Shown: positions 1-11,719, counted from the whole stretch's first letter. The stretch is 63,848 nucleotides of DNA, filler included, from Alphaproteobacteria bacterium (GCA_024280495.1; 5 parts of 5 records of this genome joined end to end with filler, not necessarily neighbours in it), one strand, 5' to 3'. Notes: generated by a model not told the origin, from the sequence alone. Numbers and translations are program-made.

Positions 1-77
1 ATGAAGGCGATCGCTTTGCTATCCGTGAAGGTGGTCGTACCGTTGGTGCGGGTGTTATCACGAAAGTTATTAAATAG
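1..77 (+). CDS. tuf: Elongation factor Tu, 3' end only
   Basis: Frame from nt 3 reads EGDRFAIREGGRTVGAGVITKVIK*, the EF-Tu C-terminus; lies upstream of rpsJ. Confidence 0.95.
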   Translation, partial: EGDRFAIREGGRTVGAGVITKVIK

Positions 78-190
78 GACCTATTCTTAATTGAATGGGT
101 ATAAAAGACAAAAATAATTAAATAGATATTGAACTTATGGGTGACTGCGTGGTATATCATGACCATGCAGTTCATTTAATGGATACAATT

Positions 191-499
191 ATGGAAAACC
201 AAAGCATTAGAATTCGCTTGAAGGCCTTTGATCATAAACTTTTAGATCAATCTACAAGTGAAATCGTACATACTGCCCGTCGTACGGGTGCCGATGTGCG
301 TGGCCCTGTGCCGCTGCCCATGAGAAAAACGATTTACACAGTGAACCGTTCTCCTCACATCGATAAGAAATCTCGTGAGCAATTTGAGATTAGAACTCAT
401 AAACGCTTGTTAGATATACAGAACTGGACACCACAAACCGTAGATGCGCTGATGAAGCTGGATCTATCGGCTGGTGTTGATATTGAAATCAAATTGTAG
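191..499 (+). CDS. rpsJ: 30S ribosomal protein S10
   Basis: [30 protein letters not shown]; likely start MENQ at 191 rather than 137. Confidence 0.97.
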   Translation: MENQSIRIRLKAFDHKLLDQSTSEIVHTARRTGADVRGPVPLPMRKTIYTVNRSPHIDKKSREQFEIRTHKRLLDIQNWTPQTVDALMKLDLSAGVDIEIKL

Positions 500-510
500 G
501 TAATAAAATT

Positions 511-1260
511 ATGCGTACAGGCCTTATAGGTAAAAAATTAGGAATGACACGTGTTCTCACTGATTCTGGTGAGCACATCTCTGTCACATTGGTGCAGGTT
601 AAAGACTGCCAGGTCGTGGATACACGTACAGCCGATAAAGACGGCTATACAGCGATTCAACTTGGTACCGGTCCCGTGAAGGCAAGCCGCCTTGCTAAAC
701 CACAGAAAGGTTTTTTTGCTAAGCAGAAAATCGATCCAAAACATAAACTTGTTGAATTTCGTGTCACAGAAGACGCTCTTTTGAAAGTGGGGGACCGTTT
801 GTCCGTTGACCATTTTGTAAAGGGTCAACTCATTGACGTTGCGGCGACATCTATCGGTAAAGGTTTTGCCGGTGTGATGAAACGTCACAACTTTGCGGGT
901 CTTCGTGCTTCTCACGGTGTGTCTATTTCTCACCGTAGCGGTGGTTCGACAGGACAATGTCAAGATCCTGGTAAGGTTTTTAAAGGCAAAAAAATGGCTG
1001 GGCAAATGGGTAACAAACGCGTTACCACACAAAACCTTGAAGTCGTCGGCACGGATCTTGATGATCAGTTGCTTGTGATTAAGGGGGCTGTTCCCGGTGC
1101 AAAGGGTGCTTATGTTGAAATTCGCGATGCCATTAAAAAGCAACGCAAAGTTGACCTTCCTTTTCCTGCGTCTCTTTTGAAAGATGCAAAGAAAGCCGTG
1201 AAGGTTGACGCGACAGAAGAAAACCCAGCTGCAGAAACTGCAACAGATAAGGCTGAGTAA
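511..1260 (+). CDS. rplC: 50S ribosomal protein L3
   Basis: [35 protein letters not shown]. Confidence 0.98.
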   Translation: MRTGLIGKKLGMTRVLTDSGEHISVTLVQVKDCQVVDTRTADKDGYTAIQLGTGPVKASRLAKPQKGFFAKQKIDPKHKLVEFRVTEDALLKVGDRLSVDHFVKGQLIDVAATSIGKGFAGVMKRHNFAGLRASHGVSISHRSGGSTGQCQDPGKVFKGKKMAGQMGNKRVTTQNLEVVGTDLDDQLLVIKGAVPGAKGAYVEIRDAIKKQRKVDLPFPASLLKDAKKAVKVDATEENPAAETATDKAE

Positions 1261-1264
1261 CGTC

Positions 1265-1885
1265 ATGAAAACTGAAATTAAAACATTAGAAAACAAAAAG
1301 GTCGGTGAGCTTACGCTCCCCAAAAGCATTTTTGGATGTGATGTGCGCAAAGATCTTATTGCGCGTGTCATTAACTGGCAATTGGCCAAAAGAAGAAGCG
1401 GTACTGCTAGCACGAAACGCATCCAAGATGTTCAAGGAACATCTAAGAAGCCTCATGCGCAAAAAGGTACTGGTAATGCGCGTCAAGGTAGTTTGCGTTC
1501 TCCACAAATGCGTGGTGGTGCAACAATGCATGGGCCTTTACCCCGTAGTTTTGCTTATTCTTTGCAAAAGAAAGTACGTGCCCTTGGGTTAAAATCTGCT
1601 TTTTCTGCGAAATTGGCTGAAAATAAAGTTGTTGTTCTTGAAGACTTTGCTTGCAAAGAAATCAAAACAAAAGACATGTCCGCAAAGCTTGATAAGCTAG
1701 GCCTGTCAAATGCTTTGTTCATTGATGCTGATGACGTGAATCTTGAATTTGTACGTTCCATCTCAAACATCGTTAATATTGATGTTATGCCATCTCGGGG
1801 TGCCAATGTTTATGACATTATGCGTCACGACACACTTGTGTTGAGCAAGTCTGCCGTTGAAAAATTGGAGGCTCGCTTAGTATGA
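1265..1885 (+). CDS. rplD: 50S ribosomal protein L4
   Basis: KKPHAQKGTGNARQGS, RGGATMHGP; ATG at 1265 just after the rplC stop. Confidence 0.97.
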   Translation: MKTEIKTLENKKVGELTLPKSIFGCDVRKDLIARVINWQLAKRRSGTASTKRIQDVQGTSKKPHAQKGTGNARQGSLRSPQMRGGATMHGPLPRSFAYSLQKKVRALGLKSAFSAKLAENKVVVLEDFACKEIKTKDMSAKLDKLGLSNALFIDADDVNLEFVRSISNIVNIDVMPSRGANVYDIMRHDTLVLSKSAVEKLEARLV

Positions 1886-2211
1886 CCAATCGTAAAGTAA
1901 TTAAAAGTAAGAACCATATCAGTGATGAACGTGCCTATGATATTATCAAGGCTCCTATTGTGACTGAAAAGGCAACATTGCTTTCTCAATATCGTCAATT
2001 TGTGTTTGAAACATCTAAGGATGCAAACAAAATTGAGATTAAAGAGGCAATTGAAAAGATTTTCAAAGTTAAAGTTGATGCCGTGAATACTTTGAACCGT
2101 AAAGGTAAAGAGAAACGTTTTCGCGGTCGTTTGGGCCATCGTCCAGATCGCAAATTTGCAACAGTTACTTTGGCTGAAGGTCATACAATTGATACAGGAG
2201 CGGGGCTTTAA
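1882..2211 (+). CDS. rplW: 50S ribosomal protein L23
   Basis: [29 protein letters not shown] overlap with rplD. Confidence 0.97.
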   Translation: MTNRKVIKSKNHISDERAYDIIKAPIVTEKATLLSQYRQFVFETSKDANKIEIKEAIEKIFKVKVDAVNTLNRKGKEKRFRGRLGHRPDRKFATVTLAEGHTIDTGAGL

Positions 2212-2213
2212 TC

Positions 2214-3041
2214 ATGGCATTAAAAGAATATAAACCCAATACACCTGGTCAACGTGGTCTTGTTCTCGTTGATCGTTCAGAGCTTTGGAAGGGATCCCCT
2301 ATCAAGTCTTTGACTGAAGGTCTTAAGCGTACGGGTGGTCGTAACAATACTGGTCGTATGACAAACCGTAATATCGGTGGTGGTCATAAAAAGCGTTATC
2401 GTTTGATTGACTTTAAGCGTCAAAAAGATGATATGGTGGCGATCGTGGAGCGTATTGAATATGATCCTAATCGTACAGCCTTTATTGCTTTGATTCGTTA
2501 TGCTGATGAGACTTTGTCTTACATTATTGCGCCTCAACGTTTAGAAGTTGGTGACAAGGTTATGTCTGGTTCTAAGGCTGATATTAAGCCTGGTAATACT
2601 CTGGAACTACGTCAAATTCCCGTTGGAACCATTGTTCACAACCTTGAAATGAAGCCTGCTAAAGGCGCTCAAATTGCTCGTTCTGGTGGTACTTATGGTC
2701 AAATTATTGGTCGTGACACTGGTTTTGTGATGGTGCGTTTGTCCTCTGGTGAGCAACGTCGTTTCTTCGGTGATTGTCGTGCAACAATTGGGGCTGTTTC
2801 TAATCCTGATCAAAAAAATACCAACTTGGGTAAAGCTGGTCGTAATCGTTGGTTAGGACGTCGTCCACATGTTCGTGGTGTTGTTATGAACCCTGTTGAT
2901 CACCCTCATGGTGGTGGTGAAGGTAAAACGTCTGGTGGACGTCATCCTGTATCACCCACTGGTGTGCCAACGAAGGGTTACAAAACACGTAATAAAAAGA
3001 AACAGTCTAGCAAGTATATTGTTAAACGTCGTTCGAAATAA
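2214..3041 (+). CDS. rplB: 50S ribosomal protein L2
   Basis: [34 protein letters not shown]. Confidence 0.99.
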   Translation: MALKEYKPNTPGQRGLVLVDRSELWKGSPIKSLTEGLKRTGGRNNTGRMTNRNIGGGHKKRYRLIDFKRQKDDMVAIVERIEYDPNRTAFIALIRYADETLSYIIAPQRLEVGDKVMSGSKADIKPGNTLELRQIPVGTIVHNLEMKPAKGAQIARSGGTYGQIIGRDTGFVMVRLSSGEQRRFFGDCRATIGAVSNPDQKNTNLGKAGRNRWLGRRPHVRGVVMNPVDHPHGGGEGKTSGGRHPVSPTGVPTKGYKTRNKKKQSSKYIVKRRSK

Positions 3042-3062
3042 TTAAGGTTAGAGGAGAGTATT

Positions 3063-3341
3063 TTGGCTCGCTCAGTTTGGAAAGGTCCTTTTGTAGACGG
3101 ATATTTGCTTAAGAAAGCAGAAGTAAGTCATGAAAGTGGCCGTAAGAATGTCATTAAGACATGGTCAAGAAGGTCAACCATTTTGCCACAATTCGTGGGA
3201 ATTACATTTGGTGTTCATAATGGGCATAAATTTATTCCTGTACTTGTGACTGAAGAAATGATCGGTCAAAAATTAGGTGAATTTGCACCAACGCGGACTT
3301 ATTATGGTCACGGTGCTGATAAAAAAGCGAAGAAAAGGTAG
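3063..3341 (+). CDS. rpsS: 30S ribosomal protein S19
   Basis: [22 protein letters not shown] start after a GAGGAG RBS. Confidence 0.98.
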   Translation: MARSVWKGPFVDGYLLKKAEVSHESGRKNVIKTWSRRSTILPQFVGITFGVHNGHKFIPVLVTEEMIGQKLGEFAPTRTYYGHGADKKAKKR

Positions 3342-3346
3342 AAACC

Positions 3347-3727
3347 ATGGGTAAGAAATCGATGCCACGTCGTTTGGCAGATAACGAAGCTATGGCGAAG
3401 CACCAAGGTCTTCGCGTTAGTCCACAAAAATTAAATCTTGTTGCTGGTTTGATCCGTAATAAGCACGTTTCTGATGCGCTCAATGATCTTGAGTTCTCTC
3501 ACAAGCGTATTTCAAGTGATGTATACAAGGCACTGTTGTCAGCCATTTCTAACGCTGAAAACAACCATGGTCTTGATATTGATAACTTGTTTGTTAAAGA
3601 GGCTTATGTTGGTAAGGGAATGGTTATGAAACGTATGCGAGCTCGTGCTCGTGGACGTAGTGCCAAAATCTTGAAGCCACACAGCAATTTGACAATTATC
3701 GTTCAAGAAATAAAGGGAGTCGCGTAA
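3347..3727 (+). CDS. rplV: 50S ribosomal protein L22
   Basis: [28 protein letters not shown]. Confidence 0.97.
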   Translation: MGKKSMPRRLADNEAMAKHQGLRVSPQKLNLVAGLIRNKHVSDALNDLEFSHKRISSDVYKALLSAISNAENNHGLDIDNLFVKEAYVGKGMVMKRMRARARGRSAKILKPHSNLTIIVQEIKGVA

Positions 3728-4398
3728 TGGGACAAAAAGTAAATCCAATTGGTTTGCGTCTTGGTATCGTTCGTGACTGGGATTCGCGTTGGTTTGAAAC
3801 AAAAAACTATGCGAAATTTTTGATCGAAGATGTTAAGATCCGTAATTTTGTAAAAAAGAATTATGCTAAGGCTGGTGTTGCACGCGTTATTATTGAACGT
3901 CCTGCAAAAAAAGCCGTTGTTAATGTTCATTGTTCACGTCCTGGTGTCTTGATTGGTAAAAAAGGCGCTGATATTGATATTCTAAAAAAGAAACTTTCAA
4001 AGCTTGTTGGCAATGAAGTTAGTTTGAATATTATTGAAGTACGTAAGGCTGATCTTGATGCAAACTTGGTAGCTCAACAAGTCGCCCAACAAATCGAAGG
4101 TCGCGTAAGTTATCGTCGTGCCATGAAAAAATGCATGCAAAACACTATGCGTTCCAATGCTGAAGGTGTTCGAATTCTTGTTTCTGGCCGTTTGGCTGGG
4201 GCTGAGATTGCTCGTAATGAGCAATATCGTGAAGGTCGTGTGCCTTTGCATACCTTTCGTGCGGATGTTGATTATGGAACGGCTGAGGCCTTGACAACGT
4301 ATGGTATTATTGGTGTAAAAGTTTGGATCTTCCGTGGTGAAGTTACGGGCAAGAAAGACTTGCAGACTCAAGCACCTGTTGCGCCGAAAACGGCTTAA
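3727..4398 (+). CDS. rpsC: 30S ribosomal protein S3
   Basis: [37 protein letters not shown]. Confidence 0.99.
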   Translation: MGQKVNPIGLRLGIVRDWDSRWFETKNYAKFLIEDVKIRNFVKKNYAKAGVARVIIERPAKKAVVNVHCSRPGVLIGKKGADIDILKKKLSKLVGNEVSLNIIEVRKADLDANLVAQQVAQQIEGRVSYRRAMKKCMQNTMRSNAEGVRILVSGRLAGAEIARNEQYREGRVPLHTFRADVDYGTAEALTTYGIIGVKVWIFRGEVTGKKDLQTQAPVAPKTA

Positions 4399-4418
4399 TT
4401 ATTATTTAGGAATGTACA

Positions 4419-4838
4419 ATGTTATTACCTAAAAGAACAAAACATAACAAGCAACACAAAGGGCGTATCCACGGTGTTGCTAAGGGCGGAACAGCTCTGA
4501 ATTTTGGTAGCTATGGCATGAAAGCCTTGCAACCAGAAAGAATTTCAGCGCGTCAAATCGAATCTGCACGTCGTGCAATTACACGTCACTTGCGTCGAGC
4601 AGGCCGTGTTTGGATTCGTATTTTTCCAGATGTTCCTGTATCATCCAAACCTGCCGAAGTACGTATGGGTAAGGGTAAGGGATCAACAGACTACTGGGCT
4701 TGCCGTGTTAAGCCTGGTCGCATCATGTTTGAACTCGATGGTGTTTCAGAGCAACTTGCAAAAGAAGCTTTTGAGCGTGCGGCTGCAAAGCTTCCCATTA
4801 AGGTTAAATTTGTTTCACGTCTAGCAGCAGAGAGTTAA
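4419..4838 (+). CDS. rplP: 50S ribosomal protein L16
   Basis: [24 protein letters not shown]. Confidence 0.99.
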   Translation: MLLPKRTKHNKQHKGRIHGVAKGGTALNFGSYGMKALQPERISARQIESARRAITRHLRRAGRVWIRIFPDVPVSSKPAEVRMGKGKGSTDYWACRVKPGRIMFELDGVSEQLAKEAFERAAAKLPIKVKFVSRLAAES

Positions 4839-4842
4839 AATC

Positions 4843-5037
4843 ATGAAGATGGAAGAGCTGAAAAAGAAAAGTGAAAGCGAATTGAAGGATTTACTCTTGC
4901 AAAATAAGCGAGAAAGTCTTAATCTACGCATTCAGAAGGTAAATGGTCAACTGGAGTCTTCCGCACAAGTGCGTAAAACTCGTAGGCTTGTGGCGCGCAT
5001 CAAAACATTGATGTCCCAACAACAAGCCCAGGCTTAG
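4843..5037 (+). CDS. rpmC: 50S ribosomal protein L29
   Basis: 64 aa, LNLRIQK...VRKTRRLVARIKT; position in operon. Confidence 0.95.
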   Translation: MKMEELKKKSESELKDLLLQNKRESLNLRIQKVNGQLESSAQVRKTRRLVARIKTLMSQQQAQA

Positions 5038-5046
5038 GAGTAAGAA

Positions 5047-5289
5047 ATGCCACGTAGAACATTACAAGGTAAAGTCGTTAGTAATAAATGTGATAAGACA
5101 GTAACAGTATCTGTTGCCCGTCGTTTTATGCACCCTATGTATAAAAAGTTTATTACTAAATCGAAAAAGTATGCAGCGCATGACGAAAACAATCAGTACC
5201 AAGAAGGTGATGAAGTGAGTATTCGTGAATGTCGTCCAATTTCCAAAAGCAAATGCTGGGAAGTTATTGCTAAAACTGAAAAAGCATAG
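5047..5289 (+). CDS. rpsQ: 30S ribosomal protein S17
   Basis: [29 protein letters not shown]. Confidence 0.97.
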   Translation: MPRRTLQGKVVSNKCDKTVTVSVARRFMHPMYKKFITKSKKYAAHDENNQYQEGDEVSIRECRPISKSKCWEVIAKTEKA

Positions 5290-5299
5290 GTTGTAGAAG

Positions 5300-5668
5300 A
5301 TGATCCGCGAACAATCAAGATTAGAAGTCGCTGATAACTCTGGTGCTCGTAAAGTCGAGTGTATCCGAGTTCTTGGTGGATCACGTAAACGGACCGCTCG
5401 GGTTGGTGACGTGATTGTTGTTGCAGTTAAGGAAGCGATTCCTGACCGTCGTATTAAAAAAGGTGAAGTGCACAAGGCAGTTGTCGTGCGTACGAAAAAA
5501 GGTATTCGTCGTAATGACGGGACTGAAATCCGTTTTGATACGAATGCTGCTGTTATTTTAAATGCTAACTTAGAGCCAGTTGGAACACGTATTTTCGGTC
5601 CAGTTGTTCGCGAGCTTCGCTCAAAGAACTTCATGAAAATTGTTTCACTTGCCCCAGAGGTACTGTAA
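5300..5668 (+). CDS. rplN: 50S ribosomal protein L14
   Basis: [28 protein letters not shown]. Confidence 0.99.
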   Translation: MIREQSRLEVADNSGARKVECIRVLGGSRKRTARVGDVIVVAVKEAIPDRRIKKGEVHKAVVVRTKKGIRRNDGTEIRFDTNAAVILNANLEPVGTRIFGPVVRELRSKNFMKIVSLAPEVL

Positions 5669-5991
5669 TGCGTAATAATTTACATGTAAAAAAGGGTGAT
5701 ACTGTTGCAGTTATCACTGGTAAAGATAAAGGCGCACGCGGCGAAATTACGGCGGTAAATCGTGAAAAGCAACGTGTTTTCGTTAAAGGTGTTAATCTTC
5801 GTACTCTCCACAAAAAACAGTCTCCGGGCAGTGAAGGTGGTATAGTGAAGGAAGAACGTTCGATTCACGTATCAAACGTTATGCATATTGATCCAAAATC
5901 AGATGCACCAACACGTGTAAAAAAACAAATTCAAAAGGACGGCAAAAAAGTACGTGTTGCAGTAAAGTCCGGCGAAGTATTAGATAAGTAG
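5668..5991 (+). CDS. rplX: 50S ribosomal protein L24
   Basis: [21 protein letters not shown]. Confidence 0.98.
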   Translation: MRNNLHVKKGDTVAVITGKDKGARGEITAVNREKQRVFVKGVNLRTLHKKQSPGSEGGIVKEERSIHVSNVMHIDPKSDAPTRVKKQIQKDGKKVRVAVKSGEVLDK

Positions 5992-6002
5992 GTAGTAGTA
6001 TC

Positions 6003-6548
6003 ATGGCCCGTCTTCATGAACAATATCAGTCAACCATCCGTTCTGAACTCACTAAAAAGTTCAACTACAAAAACCCTATGATGGTTCCCAAGCTTGAGAA
6101 AATCGTTCTCAATATGGGTTTGGGTGACGCAATCAATGATCGTAAGGTTGTTGAAAAAGCCGTTGAAGAATTGTCGGCAATTGCTGGTCAAAAAGCAGTT
6201 CCAACGATTTCCAAAAAATCTATTGCGGGATTTAAGCTCCGTGAAGATATGGCTATTGGTGCAAAGGTTACTTTGCGTGGAACTCGTATGTATGAATTTC
6301 TCGATCGTCTTGTGACAATCGCAATGCCACGTATTCGTGACTTTAGAGGAATTTCACCGAAAAGTTTTGATGGTCGTGGAAATTATTCCATGGGTATTAA
6401 AGAGCATCTCATTTTTCCAGAAATCGACTATGATAAGGTTGATAAAATGCGAGGAATGGATATTGTGTTTGTAACAACTGCGAACACGAACGAAGAGGCA
6501 AAAGAATTGCTTAGCGCGTTCAACATGCCCTTCATCAAGCAAAATTAG
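6003..6548 (+). CDS. rplE: 50S ribosomal protein L5
   Basis: [26 protein letters not shown]. Confidence 0.99.
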   Translation: MARLHEQYQSTIRSELTKKFNYKNPMMVPKLEKIVLNMGLGDAINDRKVVEKAVEELSAIAGQKAVPTISKKSIAGFKLREDMAIGAKVTLRGTRMYEFLDRLVTIAMPRIRDFRGISPKSFDGRGNYSMGIKEHLIFPEIDYDKVDKMRGMDIVFVTTANTNEEAKELLSAFNMPFIKQN

Positions 6549-6556
6549 AGGAAACT

Positions 6557-6862
6557 ATGGCAAAACTAAGTGCAGTCGAAAAAAATCTGTCTCGTCGCAA
6601 GAAAGTTGCAAAGTACTCGAATCGTCGTGCAGCCCTAAAAGCGATCATCATGAATCGCTCTTTACCAGCTGAGGAAAGATTCCAGGCAACTTTGAAGCTG
6701 GCGGAACTTCCAAGCAACAGTGCAAAGGTTCGTATTCGTAACCGTTGTGCAATCACAGGTCGTCCTCGTGGATATTACCGTAAATTTGATATGTCTCGTA
6801 TCGCACTTCGCGAACTAGCATCAAGCGGTCTTCTCCCCGGTGTGACAAAAGCAAGCTGGTAA
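6557..6862 (+). CDS. rpsN: 30S ribosomal protein S14 (long, zinc-independent type)
   Basis: [23 protein letters not shown]; 101 aa with a single Cys. Confidence 0.98.
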   Translation: MAKLSAVEKNLSRRKKVAKYSNRRAALKAIIMNRSLPAEERFQATLKLAELPSNSAKVRIRNRCAITGRPRGYYRKFDMSRIALRELASSGLLPGVTKASW

Positions 6863-6876
6863 TAGGAATTTAAAAA

Positions 6877-7275
6877 ATGAGTATGACCGATCCAATCGCA
6901 GATCTGCTGACGCGTATCCGTAACGCAGCATCTGCAGGACATGGACACTTCGTTGCCCCTTCTTCAAAGGCAAAAGAAGCCGTTCTTAACGTTTTAAAAT
7001 CCGAGGGATATATCCGTGGATTTAAAACTGAACCAACATCAACTGGACAAAATGACGTTCGTGTTGAGATAAAGTTTGGTGATGGGAAATCAGCTTTCTC
7101 TGAAATTAAACGTATTTCAACGCCAGGTCGTCGTGTCTATAGTTCTTGCGGCGATATGCCTCAAGTGCACGGTGGTTTGGGTATTTACATCGTTTCTACC
7201 TCTAAGGGTGTGATGGCTGATTATGAAGCCCGCCTACAGAATGTTGGTGGCGAAATTATTTGTAGGGTATTCTAA
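6877..7275 (+). CDS. rpsH: 30S ribosomal protein S8
   Basis: DPIADLLTRIRNA, STPGRRVY, STSKGVM. Confidence 0.98.
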   Translation: MSMTDPIADLLTRIRNAASAGHGHFVAPSSKAKEAVLNVLKSEGYIRGFKTEPTSTGQNDVRVEIKFGDGKSAFSEIKRISTPGRRVYSSCGDMPQVHGGLGIYIVSTSKGVMADYEARLQNVGGEIICRVF

Positions 7276-7277
7276 TC

Positions 7278-7811
7278 ATGTCACGTGTTGGTAAAAATCC
7301 AGTGAGTATCCCCCAAGGTGTTGAATGCTCTGTTGCAAACAATACTTTTAATGCTAAGGGAAAGTTGGGAAGTCTTGTTCTTCCTCTGTCAAAAGAAATT
7401 AAGGTTGCCATTAACGACGGTAAAATTGTTGTGACGCCTCTTTCAAATTCAAAAGCAGCACGTATGATGTGGGGAACCACTCAACGTCTTGTTTCGAATG
7501 TTGTTGTTGGTGTAAATGAAGGTTTTGCAAAACGTCTTGAAATTAATGGTGTTGGTTATCGTGCGCAAATGCAAGGTACCAAACTCGTGTTGAACCTTGG
7601 TTTTTCCCATGACGTTATAGTTGAGGTTCCTTCTGATATCAAAGTTGTTTGTGAAAAGCCAACTTTGCTTGTGATCAGTGGTGCTAATCGCCAAAAAGTT
7701 GGTGAGTTTGCAGCGAACATTCGTGGCTATCGTCCTCCCGAGCCTTATAAAGGCAAGGGTGTTAAATACGAAGGTGAATTCATTCTCCGTAAAGAAGGTA
7801 AGAAGAAGTAA
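7278..7811 (+). CDS. rplF: 50S ribosomal protein L6
   Basis: MSRVGKNP, GVGYRA, RPPEPYKGKGVKY. Confidence 0.99.
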   Translation: MSRVGKNPVSIPQGVECSVANNTFNAKGKLGSLVLPLSKEIKVAINDGKIVVTPLSNSKAARMMWGTTQRLVSNVVVGVNEGFAKRLEINGVGYRAQMQGTKLVLNLGFSHDVIVEVPSDIKVVCEKPTLLVISGANRQKVGEFAANIRGYRPPEPYKGKGVKYEGEFILRKEGKKK

Positions 7812-7814
7812 ATC

Positions 7815-8174
7815 ATGCTTACATCAAAAAATAAATTACAACGACGCTCTACTCGTAGTCGTTTCAAGCTTGCAGCCCGCCGTAACGGTTTGCCTCGCTT
7901 GTCCGTATTTCGTTCTAATAATCATATTTATGCTCAAATTATTGATGATGGGAAACGCACGACTCTTGCGGCTGCATCCTCGATGGATAAAGCAATGGCA
8001 AAAGCTAAATCAACGGCTAATGTTGAAGCAGCTAAAGCTGTTGGTAAGATGATTGCAGAACGTGCCGTATCAAAAGGTATTGATACTGTTGTCTTTGATC
8101 GTGGCGGACGTGTTTTCCATGGCCGTGTTAAAGCAATTGCAGATGCAGCTCGTGAAGCTGGACTCAAGTTTTAA
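7815..8174 (+). CDS. rplR: 50S ribosomal protein L18
   Basis: [32 protein letters not shown]. Confidence 0.98.
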   Translation: MLTSKNKLQRRSTRSRFKLAARRNGLPRLSVFRSNNHIYAQIIDDGKRTTLAAASSMDKAMAKAKSTANVEAAKAVGKMIAERAVSKGIDTVVFDRGGRVFHGRVKAIADAAREAGLKF

Positions 8175-8188
8175 AGGATAGAAGAAAA

Positions 8189-8755
8189 ATGGCTCGTCAA
8201 AATAAAAGACCAGAACAAGATTCTGAAATCATTGAAAAGCTCGTTCACGTTGGTCGTGTTGCAAAAGTTGTTAAGGGTGGTCGTCGCTTCTCTTTCACTG
8301 CCCTTGTTGTGGTAGGTGACGGTAAAGGTAAAATTGGTTATGCCTCTGGTAAAGCCCGTGAAGTTCCTGATGCCGTGCGTAAAGCTACTGAAAAAGCAAG
8401 AAAGTCAATGGTTCGCATCCCCCTACGTGAGGGACGCACCCTTCACCATGATATAACATCCCGCGCAGGAGCAGCTCGTGTTGTTATGCGTCCAGCGCCT
8501 GTTGGTACAGGAATTATTGCTGGTGGTGCTATGCGTGCCGTGTTTGAAGCTTTGGGGCTCTCTGACGTTGTGAGTAAGTCTCTTGGTAGTAATAATCGTA
8601 ATAACCTTGTTCGTGCAACAATGAATGGTCTAGTGGCTCTTCAATCTCCACGGGACATTGCTATGAAACGCTCTAAGAAAGTGGGTGAGATCATCAGTCG
8701 TCGTGATGCAGGCATGAAAAATGCTGAAATTAAAGGAGTAGAGGACAATGAGTAA
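8189..8755 (+). CDS. rpsE: 30S ribosomal protein S5
   Basis: [30 protein letters not shown]. Confidence 0.99.
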   Translation: MARQNKRPEQDSEIIEKLVHVGRVAKVVKGGRRFSFTALVVVGDGKGKIGYASGKAREVPDAVRKATEKARKSMVRIPLREGRTLHHDITSRAGAARVVMRPAPVGTGIIAGGAMRAVFEALGLSDVVSKSLGSNNRNNLVRATMNGLVALQSPRDIAMKRSKKVGEIISRRDAGMKNAEIKGVEDNE

Positions 8756-8942
8756 GACTAAGAAAACAGTTACGGTTAAACAAACCCGTAGTGCTATTCG
8801 TCGTCCAAAGGATCAAGGTCAAACATTGCTTGGTCTTGGTTTGAATAAAATTGGCCGTGTTCGTGTTCTTGAAGACACTCCGTCTATTCGTGGTATGATC
8901 AACAAGGTTTCGCACCTTGTTGAAGTTATTGAAACGAAATAA
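8748..8942 (+). CDS. rpmD: 50S ribosomal protein L30
   Basis: [26 protein letters not shown]. Confidence 0.97.
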   Translation: MSKTKKTVTVKQTRSAIRRPKDQGQTLLGLGLNKIGRVRVLEDTPSIRGMINKVSHLVEVIETK

Positions 8943-8968
8943 AGACACTTAAGTAAATAGGTATCGTT

Positions 8969-9466
8969 ATGAAAATTAATGAAATTAAAGACAACCAAGG
9001 TGCTCGCCTTAAATCAAAACGACTTGGTCGTGGTGAAGGGTCTGGCGTTGGTAAAACTTGTGGTCGCGGTGTGAAAGGGCAAAAAGCTCGTTCTGGTGTT
9101 GCTATTAATGGTTTTGAGGGTGGTCAAACACCTATGTATATGCGTATGCCAAAACGCGGTTTTAACAACAAGAAGTTTAAAACTGTTTTTGGTGAAGTGA
9201 GTCTGAGTGACTTGCAAACGGCTGTGGATGCTAAAAAAATTGATGCAAAAAAAGAAGTTGATATCGCAGTTTTGCGTGAAGCAGGTCTTGTGCGTCAGTC
9301 TCACCACAATGTCAAAATTCTTGGCAACGGTGACTTGAAATCTGCATTGACACTGATAGTATCTAAGGCAACAAAATCTGCCGTTGCTGCTATTGAGGGA
9401 GCTAAAGGTTCCGTTAAGCAATTGCATGATATTGTTGCCGTTGAAGAACCGCCTGCATCTGCTTAG
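8969..9466 (+). CDS. rplO: 50S ribosomal protein L15
   Basis: RLGRGEGSGVGKTCGRG, GFEGGQTP, PKRGF. Confidence 0.98.
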   Translation: MKINEIKDNQGARLKSKRLGRGEGSGVGKTCGRGVKGQKARSGVAINGFEGGQTPMYMRMPKRGFNNKKFKTVFGEVSLSDLQTAVDAKKIDAKKEVDIAVLREAGLVRQSHHNVKILGNGDLKSALTLIVSKATKSAVAAIEGAKGSVKQLHDIVAVEEPPASA

Positions 9467-9541
9467 TTTTATTTGTGTGGGGGGAAACTTTCACGCTTAT
9501 TAACAGTGAGTTTGTAAAATAAAAAATAAAAGGGAATTGTC

Positions 9542-10882
9542 ATGTCATCTGCGGCCGAGCAGCTTGCTGCTAATTTTAATTGGTCAACATTTTCTAAGGC
9601 AGACGATCTAAAAAAGCGGCTTTGGTTTACCTTGGCCGCTCTTCTTGTATTTCGCCTTGGAGCTTATTTGCCCCTTCCTGGTATCGATGCTGAATTAATG
9701 AGCGCTATTACGCAACGTAATTCAAGTGGTGTTCTTGGTTTGCTGGATAAATTTTCTGGGGGAGCCCTTGGAAATATGGCGATTTTCGCCTTGGGTGTTA
9801 TGCCTTATATCTCTGCTAGCATTATTGTTCAATTAATGACGGCCGTTGTGCCTCAACTGGAATCATTGAAAAAAGAAGGAGAATCGGGTCGTAAGAAAAT
9901 CAATCAATATACCCGTTATGGAACGGTTCTTTTGGCTTTGGTTCAGTCCTTTGGTATTACCGTTGGCCTTGAAAGCATGCAAGGAAGTCCAGTCATTGAT
10001 CCAGGTTTCTTATTTCGTATTTCGTCGATTCTTAGCTTAACAGGCGGAACATTATTCCTAATGTGGCTTGGTGAACAAATTACCTCCCGTGGTGTTGGTA
10101 ATGGTATTTCTTTGATTATTTTTGCTGGTATTGTTTCTGGTATGCCGTCTGCGTTAGGTCAATTATTTGACCTTGGGCGCACGGGACAGATTTCAACATT
10201 TTTGATCTTTATGATCATGGTGGTTATTGCTGCTACGTTGATATTCATTGTCTTTGTCGAGCGTGCGCAGCGTCGTGTTCATATTACCTATCCAAAACGC
10301 GTTGTAGGTAATCGTCAATTTGGTGGCGATAATACTCACATGCCTTTGAAATTGAACACAGCTGGTGTTATTCCTCCAATTTTCGCAAGCGCCATGTTAA
10401 TGATTCCGCAAACAATTGCTGGTTTTGCAACGGACGTTGATCCCGACAGTATTTTGTCCTCTTTCATTGTTTATTTGCAATATGGCCAACCCTTGTATCT
10501 TGCAATTTTTGTATTCATGATTGTTTTCTTTGCATTTTTCTACACGTCCGTTGTCTTTAATCCAACGGAAAAAGCAGAAGAACTTAAGAAATCTGGTGCC
10601 ATTGTTCCTGGTTATCGCCCAGGCGAGCATACGGCAACATATCTTGATTATATATTGACTCGTTTGACTGTTGTTGGTGCCATGTATTTGTCTGCCATTT
10701 GTGCGTTCCCAATTGTGTTGATGAATAATTATTCTATTCCTCTTTACCTTGGAGGAACAAGCTTGCTCATCGTTGTGAGTGTGGCCATTGATACGGTGAC
10801 ACAAATCCAGTCTCATTTGATTGCCCACCAGTACAAAGGTCTCACAGGACGTACCCGTCCTAAGAAAGGCAAGCGCAGATAG
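9542..10882 (+). CDS. secY: Preprotein translocase subunit SecY
   Basis: ALGVMPYISASII, WLGEQITSRGVGNGISLIIF, GGTSLLIVV; multiple TM segments. Confidence 0.99.
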   Translation: MSSAAEQLAANFNWSTFSKADDLKKRLWFTLAALLVFRLGAYLPLPGIDAELMSAITQRNSSGVLGLLDKFSGGALGNMAIFALGVMPYISASIIVQLMTAVVPQLESLKKEGESGRKKINQYTRYGTVLLALVQSFGITVGLESMQGSPVIDPGFLFRISSILSLTGGTLFLMWLGEQITSRGVGNGISLIIFAGIVSGMPSALGQLFDLGRTGQISTFLIFMIMVVIAATLIFIVFVERAQRRVHITYPKRVVGNRQFGGDNTHMPLKLNTAGVIPPIFASAMLMIPQTIAGFATDVDPDSILSSFIVYLQYGQPLYLAIFVFMIVFFAFFYTSVVFNPTEKAEELKKSGAIVPGYRPGEHTATYLDYILTRLTVVGAMYLSAICAFPIVLMNNYSIPLYLGGTSLLIVVSVAIDTVTQIQSHLIAHQYKGLTGRTRPKKGKRR

Positions 10883-10884
10883 AT

Positions 10885-11565
10885 ATGGTGGATTCAGTTA
10901 TGAATAACTCTTTTCAAAATATTATTCTTTTCGGTGCCCCTGGTGCTGGAAAGGGGACGCAGGCCAAGCGTCTTCTGGCTGAAAATGGGTATGTTCAGCT
11001 CAGTACAGGGGATCTCGTGCGGGCTGAAATTGCCACTGGATCTACTGTTGGTCAGGAAATTGAAAAAGCCGTTGCTGCTGGTAAGTTTCCTTCTGATGAG
11101 GTTATTTTAGGATTGGTTCGTAAATTTTACGAAACCCTTGATCCAAAATGCAATGGTGTCATTTTCGATGGCTTCCCCAGGACTGAAAATCAAGCACGCT
11201 TTTTAGAAAGCATGCTTGCAGATATGGGAAGTCGTGTTCACCATGTTATTATTTTGGAAGTGGACGTTGAGGTTGTTAAAAAAAGAATCTTAGGCCGTTT
11301 TTCATGTGATTCTTGTGGGGCTATTTATAATGATTTTTATCACATTCCTAAAAATAAAAAGATTTGTGATGATTGCTCTGGCACTTCTTTCACCCGTCGT
11401 ACTGATGATACAGCAGAAGCCATTGATAAACGCCTGGAGACCTTTTTAGAGGTTACACGCCCTGTGTTAGGTTTTTATGAAGGTAAGGCTAAGATTGATG
11501 TGGTTGATGGTGCAGAGCCACCTGAAAAGGTGTTTGAAGTCATAAGGAAGATATTACTTTCGTAA
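10885..11565 (+). CDS. adk: Adenylate kinase (zinc-lid type)
   Basis: GAPGAGKGTQA P-loop, LSTGD, DGFPRT; CDSC...CDDC lid; start may be 10900. Confidence 0.97.
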   Translation: MVDSVMNNSFQNIILFGAPGAGKGTQAKRLLAENGYVQLSTGDLVRAEIATGSTVGQEIEKAVAAGKFPSDEVILGLVRKFYETLDPKCNGVIFDGFPRTENQARFLESMLADMGSRVHHVIILEVDVEVVKKRILGRFSCDSCGAIYNDFYHIPKNKKICDDCSGTSFTRRTDDTAEAIDKRLETFLEVTRPVLGFYEGKAKIDVVDGAEPPEKVFEVIRKILLS

Positions 11566-11654
11566 AAGTTCGTTGAAAAAAGAGTAAAAAAGCTTATTTT
11601 AAAGCATTTTTAGAATTGTAGAAAAAAAGAAAACCGATGTTTTGTTATTTTGGG

Positions 11655-11684
11655 CTTGACTTTTACCCCAAATATTCTTAATTA
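11655..11684 (+). promoter_or_regulatory. Candidate sigma70 promoter of the alpha operon
   Basis: CTTGACT-N17-TAATTA in the AT-rich adk-rpsM spacer; a -10 lacking the last T is common in Alphaproteobacteria. Confidence 0.45.
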
Positions 11685-11719
11685 TCGTCAATAATTATTG
11701 TTTATTAAAGGAGATAAGA

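Noticed and set aside
538..1422. 294-aa antisense ORF and many shorter antisense or alternate-frame ORFs
   Set aside because: They shadow well-conserved genes and have no recognisable motifs; biased codon usage explains them.
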